The position numbers and the translations under genes were made by a program. Under the pieces are notes generated by a model. It was given only the letters and a program-made list of their open reading frames with translations, ran no database searches and was not told the origin of the DNA. Below are positions 50,620 through 57,204 of a stretch of DNA of 57,204 nt, piece after piece (position 1 is the stretch's first letter; every line of letters starts with the position of its first letter). Source of the DNA: Octopus bimaculoides (Eukaryota); the NCBI RefSeq assembly GCF_001194135.2, contig NC_068983.1, positions 113,301,854 through 113,359,057 on the forward strand, read 5' to 3'.

Positions 50620-51600
50620 TCTTAATTTGAGTCATGCAATATTACATTAATCAAGCAATTTGGTAACATTACAGTATTTATATATTTATCAAATACTTTT
50701 TCATTTCACAAGCAGCATCATATTGTTCAATCAAGTCAACTTCCATCGATTAATGGAATAACCTTATAATCAACAATTAATTGATTTTACGTTCATCAAT
50801 TAAGCTACTTGGTATCCATCAATCATACAATATGTTGACACTCCGTCGCTTACGACGTCGAGGGTTCCAGTTGATCCGATCAACGGAACAGCCTGCTTGT
50901 GAAATTAACGTGTAAGTGGTTGAGCACTCCACAGACACGTGTACCCTTAACGTAGTTCTCGGAGATATTCAGTGTCACACAGTGTGACAAGGCTGGCCCT
51001 TTGAAATACAGGTACAACAGAAACAGGAAGTAAGAGAGAGAGAAAGTTGTGGTGGAAGAGTACAGCAGGGTTCGCCACATCCCCTGCCGGAGCCTCGTGG
51101 AGCTTTAGGTGTTTTCGCTCAATAAACACTCACAACGCCCGGTCTGAGAATCGAAACCGCGATCCTATGACCGCGAGTCCGCTGCCCTAACCACTGGGCC
51201 ATTGCGCCTCCACATCATACAATAATACCTGCATTAATCAAACAAGCTAATAGACATCAATGAAATAACTTTACAATGTTCAGTCAAACAAGTTTATAGT
51301 CATCATTCAAATAACGTTACATTTATCATTCAAACAGCCTTTCAGTCATCAATCAAATACCCTTACACTGATCACTCAAACAACTTCACACTCATGAATC
51401 AAACAAATTTTACCTTCAACCAAGCAACTTTACTATCATAAATGAAACAACCTAGTAATTATCAGCTAACGTTACTACCATCATTCAAACAATATTAGTC
51501 ATCAATCGGTAATCTTTTATTTACCAATCAACGTTTCAGTCATCAAGTAAACAGCCTCATTTTCATCAGAACAATTATTTAACCACTCAGGTCATTACAG
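50620..51600. repeat. Degenerate ~22-23 bp minisatellite split by a SINE
   Basis: Recurring (CAT)CA(A/T)TCAAACAA-like motif on both sides of 50833-51213. Confidence 0.6.
50833..51213 (-). mobile_element. SINE family B, tail B1, full length with 11-bp TSD
   Basis: Complete tRNA-like head. TSD ATCATACAATA at 50822-50832 and 51214-51224. Confidence 0.97.
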
Positions 51601-52699
51601 TTTCATTGATGGGCCAAACCCCAATAACACATAAGGAAGATAATATTTAACAAGGTAATTGAGATATCTTTTGATCAAACGGCTGAAACTAATCGACAAG
51701 GAGAACGCAGGGTTCCTCCAGAGAATACGTAAAACATACCCATGAATATAAACCAAAATACGAGATAAACACATTTAGTAACTAGTGAGATACATGTATG
51801 TGAAAGAAAAAAGTAAAATGCTGAAGATAATGGTGGCGTTGACAACGACGGCAGCAACGACGATCACAACGACAACGTCGGCGGCGGCAACAGTGGCGAC
51901 GACGGCGACGGCGCTGATGTGTGTTTCTCTTGTAAATAATTGTTTAAGGAGCACTATCAAAGATGTTAATTTGATAGTAGCGGTTGCCCAGTGTAAACGT
52001 TATTCAATTATTTCTTCTACACACTAAGTGCCGCTCTAGCTAAGAGTAGGCAGGAACGGTGGAATAATTTAATTTAACTATTCCGTTGTTTTTCTTTATG
52101 TTGAAAACACAGAGAGTTCTATTTAGCTTCCCCTAGTCTATAATCAATTTAAAAAATGGTAATGCACTAGGATAAATTTATTTTAAATGTTTCCCTTTTC
52201 TCCTACGAACATTACCTATGTATGAATTAAATTTAACCATATCATTCTGATGCTAACAACAGTTGTCTTGCTCACAATAGCCTTTTGCTAATAGGAAAAA
52301 TAGAGTAAATACGTGCTAAATATATTTATTTGTAACCGACATTGTATCGAATCTTCCAGCTGTGACATATAGAATGCTGTACTTCTCTTATTAAATTAAT
52401 TTGAACCAAGATAGCTCAGTCTGTGGAAACAACGACAGCAAAACTTTCTCTTGAGAAATAAAAAGATTAGTATGAAAGAGAATGAGATTATATCGAATTA
52501 ACGCCGTCAAGCTATTTAAATTCTTAATAGTGAACAATATCGATTGTTGCATGGACACAGTGAAGATCACATATTACTGAGGTGATAGATATTCGAGAAT
52601 GGCCAGTGATGTCAAAGGTTCGTGTTTGGTGTCGATCATGGGATATTCTCTGGCGCTAAATATTTATATGCTAACAACCCCGGTAATTAACTTGTAATT

Positions 52700-53790
52700 A
52701 GTGTTCCTTCACGTGAAAACGCACAACATCGAAGAAGTAAATCTTGAAGAAACTATAAATACTTGTTTAGATATGTATGGCGGTCATGGAATCTAACACC
52801 AACAAATGCGCGAGAAAATACGTACAGAATGTTATTATTGGGTTAGAACTATTCCCCAAAAGCGAACTTAATGCGAGAAGGAAAAGCATCAATATTCTTG
52901 TTATATCTATTGTGATCTGCAGCTTTAACATCATAAAATGGTCCTTCAATAAGGTAAGTAAAACTAACACAAAAATACGCAGGCTTGTTGCAATGTACTG
53001 CAAGTATCATCCAAAGCAGGAGTAGAGAAATTACGCATCACACGAAAGGATACTATCCCTAAAGACAGCAACCATGAGGTCACCCACCTATCTAAAGAAC
53101 ACTTGCAACTAGGTGTCTGAAGTTGGCTACAATTATGAACATCCCAATTATGAAAATAACGAACGGTGGCCTTTTTGAAAGGAGCTCAGGATCAGTGTCT
53201 ATCCATTAGAAATTACCAAAATCAACATTCTTTAAAACGGTGCTGATCCTTCCTGCTGCTTTTACTGTACAAACAGAAAAACAAATGACCACCTTATCTC
53301 TGACCGCTCTACGACAGCTTCAGCTGTGTATACTAATCGCCATAATAGACTTGGTCAGTATTTGTACTGGAGTATACACCGTTAGTTTGGGATCCGTTAT
53401 CAGAAATATGGTGAGAAAATACACCTACCGAAGTAGGAAATAGTGACATCACCGTTCTCCGGAATTCAAGCTGAACGAGCTATTCGGGTCATTAGATTAG
53501 ATGATTATTATGAAATATCATTTTGATAAAAAAAAATATTTGCACATAGATATGTCAGTCCCATCAGGGTGCAACACCTCTGTGAAATCGTTTGAAAAGT
53601 TAAGAAACTGCAATGACCTTAAAATAGAAATCTGAAAATTGTGGAATCTAAGAATGACAACTGTACCTGTAATCATCGGAGCTTTGGAGATAAAAAGGGA
53701 AGACTCAAATGCCCAAGAATCCCAAAGTATCAGAACTATAAAAAAGTTATTTACATGGATATAGCCCACATTCTAAAGAATACACTGTGA
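52700..53790 (+). mobile_element. Decayed R4/Dong-type element (thumb and RLE C-terminus)
   Basis: KIRRLVAMYCKYHPK, IDMSVPS..EKL..DLKIEI.KLWNLRMTTVPVIIGAL. Confidence 0.75.
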
Positions 53791-54163
53791 ACCTGAAAAC
53801 ATCTGAATCTTTTAAAATTCATCGACTATATTATGACAAATTTGTAACGTAATCCCTATGTTCAGTATTTGATGTCTCTCCTTTTCTGTAAATATATCGT
53901 TGGTACGCATAAATACCAGCCACAGTAAAACTTCCAGCATGTTGTGGCTTAATGGTGTCTCGTACTAAACAAAGTAACAACTACGAAAAGTATAAGTGCC
54001 TAAGCAATTTTCTATAGTCAATATAGGAGCGTTTTGCTACCATTTTCAGTGGCTGCTCAACTATCTTTATTCAGAAATTTTGCTATAAACGCCAGGAGAG
54101 CATAAAAGGAAAACATATTCGATCAAGCAGAAGAGTACACAGCCATGATTTATCTCTAGCAAA

Positions 54164-55380
54164 TAGAGGGCGGCCCAAAAATCACTGAGGGGTTATGATT
54201 TTTAATAACTTCCTATTTTTACAAATAAGTGTATGAAACTTTAATTCAGTATAGAGGAGATAATGGTGATTAATTTGCATTAGTTGTTTTTCACCATACT
54301 TCTGCATTACGTATGAACAATTTTAAATGGCGTCCATTTTCAGCTTCACACACCCGTGCCTTTTCCAAAATATGTTCTATGACAGCTGTAAGGGGTTCAT
54401 GGACCAGTTCCTTGATTTCTCTCCTAATATTCTCCAGGGTTTTTCATTTGTTAACATAAACTTTCTCCTTGAGGTACCCCCACAAGAAGTCAGGACTGGT
54501 CAAGTCTGAAGAACGTGATGGCCAGCTGACATCGCTGTAGCGATAGATCATTCTTTCTCTAAAACATTGCCTTAGCAACTGTATTGTCTCTCTTGCGGTA
54601 TGAGCAGTTTGCCCCATCTTGCTAGAACCGCATATCTGCCCTATTTTGAACGGCCGGGCGCAAAGCGTTCTCGATCAGGGACCCATATCGCTCACCAATT
54701 ACAGTGACAGCATTCCCATCATAGTCCTCGAAGGAATAAGGCACGATTATTTCATCTGCCGTAATTGCACACCATACACTTTATGAGAAGTAATTCCCTT
54801 TGATGTACTGCTCTCGGCTTCTTAGAGCCCCCAAACCGGCAATCTTGTCTGTCGATGAGCCCATTTAAATGAAAGTGAGCTTCACGAGATATGATCGAGT
54901 TTTGTGTACAATTTGGGTCATTTCGTGTCAAATCCTGAATTCTGACTGCGTATTACAGCCTGTGTTCATAGTCTTGGAGTTTCAACTGTTGAACCAACTG
55001 TACTTTGTACGGGAAAACGTTAAGGCTGCTGATGAGTCTTTGCAGCGAAGTTCGTGATAGCCCAAGCTGTCTGAACCGCCTTTGAGTCAACGTGCTCGGA
55101 TTCTGTTCAACACTCCCTCGCACTCGTTCCCTTGCCTCATCAGTTCTGCCCCTTGTTTTTCAAAACGAATGACTAAGTTCATAAGTGTATTTTCACTTTG
55201 GGCACCTCTCACTTGAAAGTGCCGACGATATGCTCTTTGAGTTTAAATAAATGACCACGGATTTTGATGGAACAATTTCACCACTTGGATGCGTTGTGCG
55301 GAGCCATATTTTTCAATAATGTCAAAAAGTAAAAGAAGTATCAAAAACTGCAATCCCACAGTGACTTTTGGGCCACCCTA
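54164..55380 (-). mobile_element. Tc1/mariner DD41D (rosa-type) transposon, full length, inactive
   Basis: TIR-like ends TA-GAGGGCGGCCCAAAAATCACTG (54164-54187) and CAGTGACTTTTGGGCCACCC-TA (55359-55380), with a transposase pseudogene inside. Confidence 0.9.
54310..55315 (-). pseudogene. DD41D transposase pseudogene
   Basis: FPYKVQLVQQL, EAHFHLNG, QDGA(T)AHTA, WPSRSSDLTSPDF and WGYLKEKVY. 41 residues between the second and third Asp after correcting one 1-nt insertion; several stops. Confidence 0.88.
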
Positions 55381-56805
55381 TTCAACCAAGAGTGATTCTC
55401 ATTGAAAACATTGTCAGTTTATAATTGAGAAAGAAAGTGAACAGTGTGGACTTCCGACTCCAGTACAAACTGCAGAGGAGAGGTTATTTCGGTATTCAGT
55501 GATGATATTCAGAAAGTTTAAATAAATCACAGCTTGTTCCAGAAAAATAGCTTGTTTAAGAGCTTGTTTAAGTTTGAAGCAATTGGTGATGTCTGAGCCA
55601 AGACGAATATTTTTCCATAAAGTGGTAAAACTTTTTAGGCAATGCTAATTTTTCTAAAGGTTTTTTTCATTCAAACCGTTCCCTGTTGCATTTCTCTCAT
55701 CTGATATTGCTGTAAAGTTGCTCACATGCTGGAGTGTTATTTTAGGCTGCAATGCAATACACAATGACATCTTGTGCAGTATAATACTGGATAAGTATCT
55801 GGAGAGACAGACATAGTTTCTGAAGTAGCCCAAAATGTAAATATGAAATGAGTGGATAGTCTTTCACAAATAGGCATTTAAGACTTTTATTGTGGGCAGT
55901 ATCAGAGCGATGTTGCCTGGTGATTTTTGCCAATCATTCCAAAACGCTAGATCTACTAGTGAACTGAGAGTATACCTCAAAGAGTCTGTCATTTCCAGAT
56001 GAGTTAAAGTTACTCTGTTTTTGTAGCATTTAGCAATGATACTTCCAGGCAAATAGACAATACATTTAACACAGAGTGTAGCAAATTTATTTAAGTCTTG
56101 TGTATTTTAAAAATATTCTAGATTCATTTCTAAAGAATTAAACTAATATTTCCTAACGTAGTTACCAATAATAATAATTAAAAATTGTAAAGTAAAAGAA
56201 GCACCTTAGAAAAGGATCTCTAGAAACATGGACTTCGATAGTTCTGAAATTAAGAATTTGCGCCCAAAGATATCAAAAATCTCTTAGATATTTTGCAGCA
56301 TATTATTTTCAATAATCATCTACGCAATTAAACAGTAAATGCCAGATGGGTACCAGCAATTTTAACCAACAAAACAAAATATTAATGACCTGCAGTGCTT
56401 CTTGTTGCCGAAAAATATTTTCTATGAAATAATAATATTGGAAATATAAAAGTAAGAAAGATTATTATGACCAGGAGATAACAACGTAATCTAAACAATA
56501 GAAACATTCTTTTTCCCCTTGGCGAAAATCAGTAATTTGAAAGAAATATTAGAAGACTAGTCAAAATGCCACATGCCTTATTTAAATAAGAAACAACAGT
56601 ATGAAGGTGTGGTTTAATAACATAGAATTTTGCTTTACCATGATAATTAATGTGTCCAAAACAACTAGTTTCAACAAATGCAGCTACTCGTTATACAGAT
56701 TCACAAAATAATGCTTGACGAACCATCACTTTTTTTCAAATGCCATTTTTTTCAAAAGCGTTCCTCGAATGAAAGATGGCTACTGTAACAAGAGAATGAT
56801 AATAA

Positions 56806-57024
56806 TCCTCTCTGTTATAGGTACAAAGCCTGAAATTTTGTGGGAGACGGATAGTCGAGTATATCGACCCCAGTACTTGATTATGACTTATTATATAGCA
56901 ATCTAAAAGATGAAAGGACAATGTCGATATTGGTGGAATTTGAACACAGAGCATAAGGAGTTCGAAATAAAGCGATCTAGCATTTTTTTATACGACGTGC
57001 GAACGATTCTGCCACACGACAGCC
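56806..57024 (-). mobile_element. SINE family A, tail A2, diverged
   Basis: TATAGGTACAAAGCCTGAAATTTTG tail, ATCGACCCCAGT, GATGAAAGG core and ACGATTCTGCC head. Confidence 0.8.
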
Positions 57025-57026
<2 letters not shown>

Positions 57027-57103
<77 letters not shown>

Positions 57104-57135
57104 CAACAACAACAACAACAACAATAATAATAATG

Positions 57136-57204
<69 letters not shown>
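57027..57204. repeat. (AAT)n microsatellite with an internal (AAC)n block
   Basis: Direct reading to the end of the window. Confidence 0.98.

Noticed and set aside
55742-56052. Protein-like short minus-strand ORFs
   Set aside because: No recognisable motif and no convincing splice acceptor or donor.

Overview
Eukaryotic, AT-rich, microsatellite-dense DNA from a gappy draft assembly (14 N-gaps). The SINE families and repeat landscape point to an octopus genome (inference). I find no intact protein-coding gene, no rRNA or true tRNA gene, and no CRISPR array. The window is mostly decayed mobile elements: three tRNA-derived SINE families (my labels A, B, C; about 17 copies or fragments), several Penelope-like elements (PLE; RT plus GIY-YIG), R4/Dong-type RLE LINE fragments, CR1-type LINEs, a Tx1/L1 3' fragment, an internally deleted Helitron, and a TIR-bounded DD41D (rosa-type) Tc1/mariner. 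The most notable observations are: (1) several distinct minimal hammerhead-ribozyme-like motifs at PLE-type termini, including a fully foldable type I motif with a non-canonical CUGUUGA core in two copies; (2) a PLE GIY-YIG nuclease split by a ~350 bp Asn/Ser/Thr-coding insert; (3) several inverted-repeat structures; (4) a CpG-rich candidate promoter near 37.6 kb with a possible minus-strand ATG exon; (5) evidence that two contigs at 24.7-26.3 kb are mis-ordered. I cannot demonstrate a wholly new biological system from this sequence alone. All alignments and identities were estimated by eye and element boundaries are approximate.
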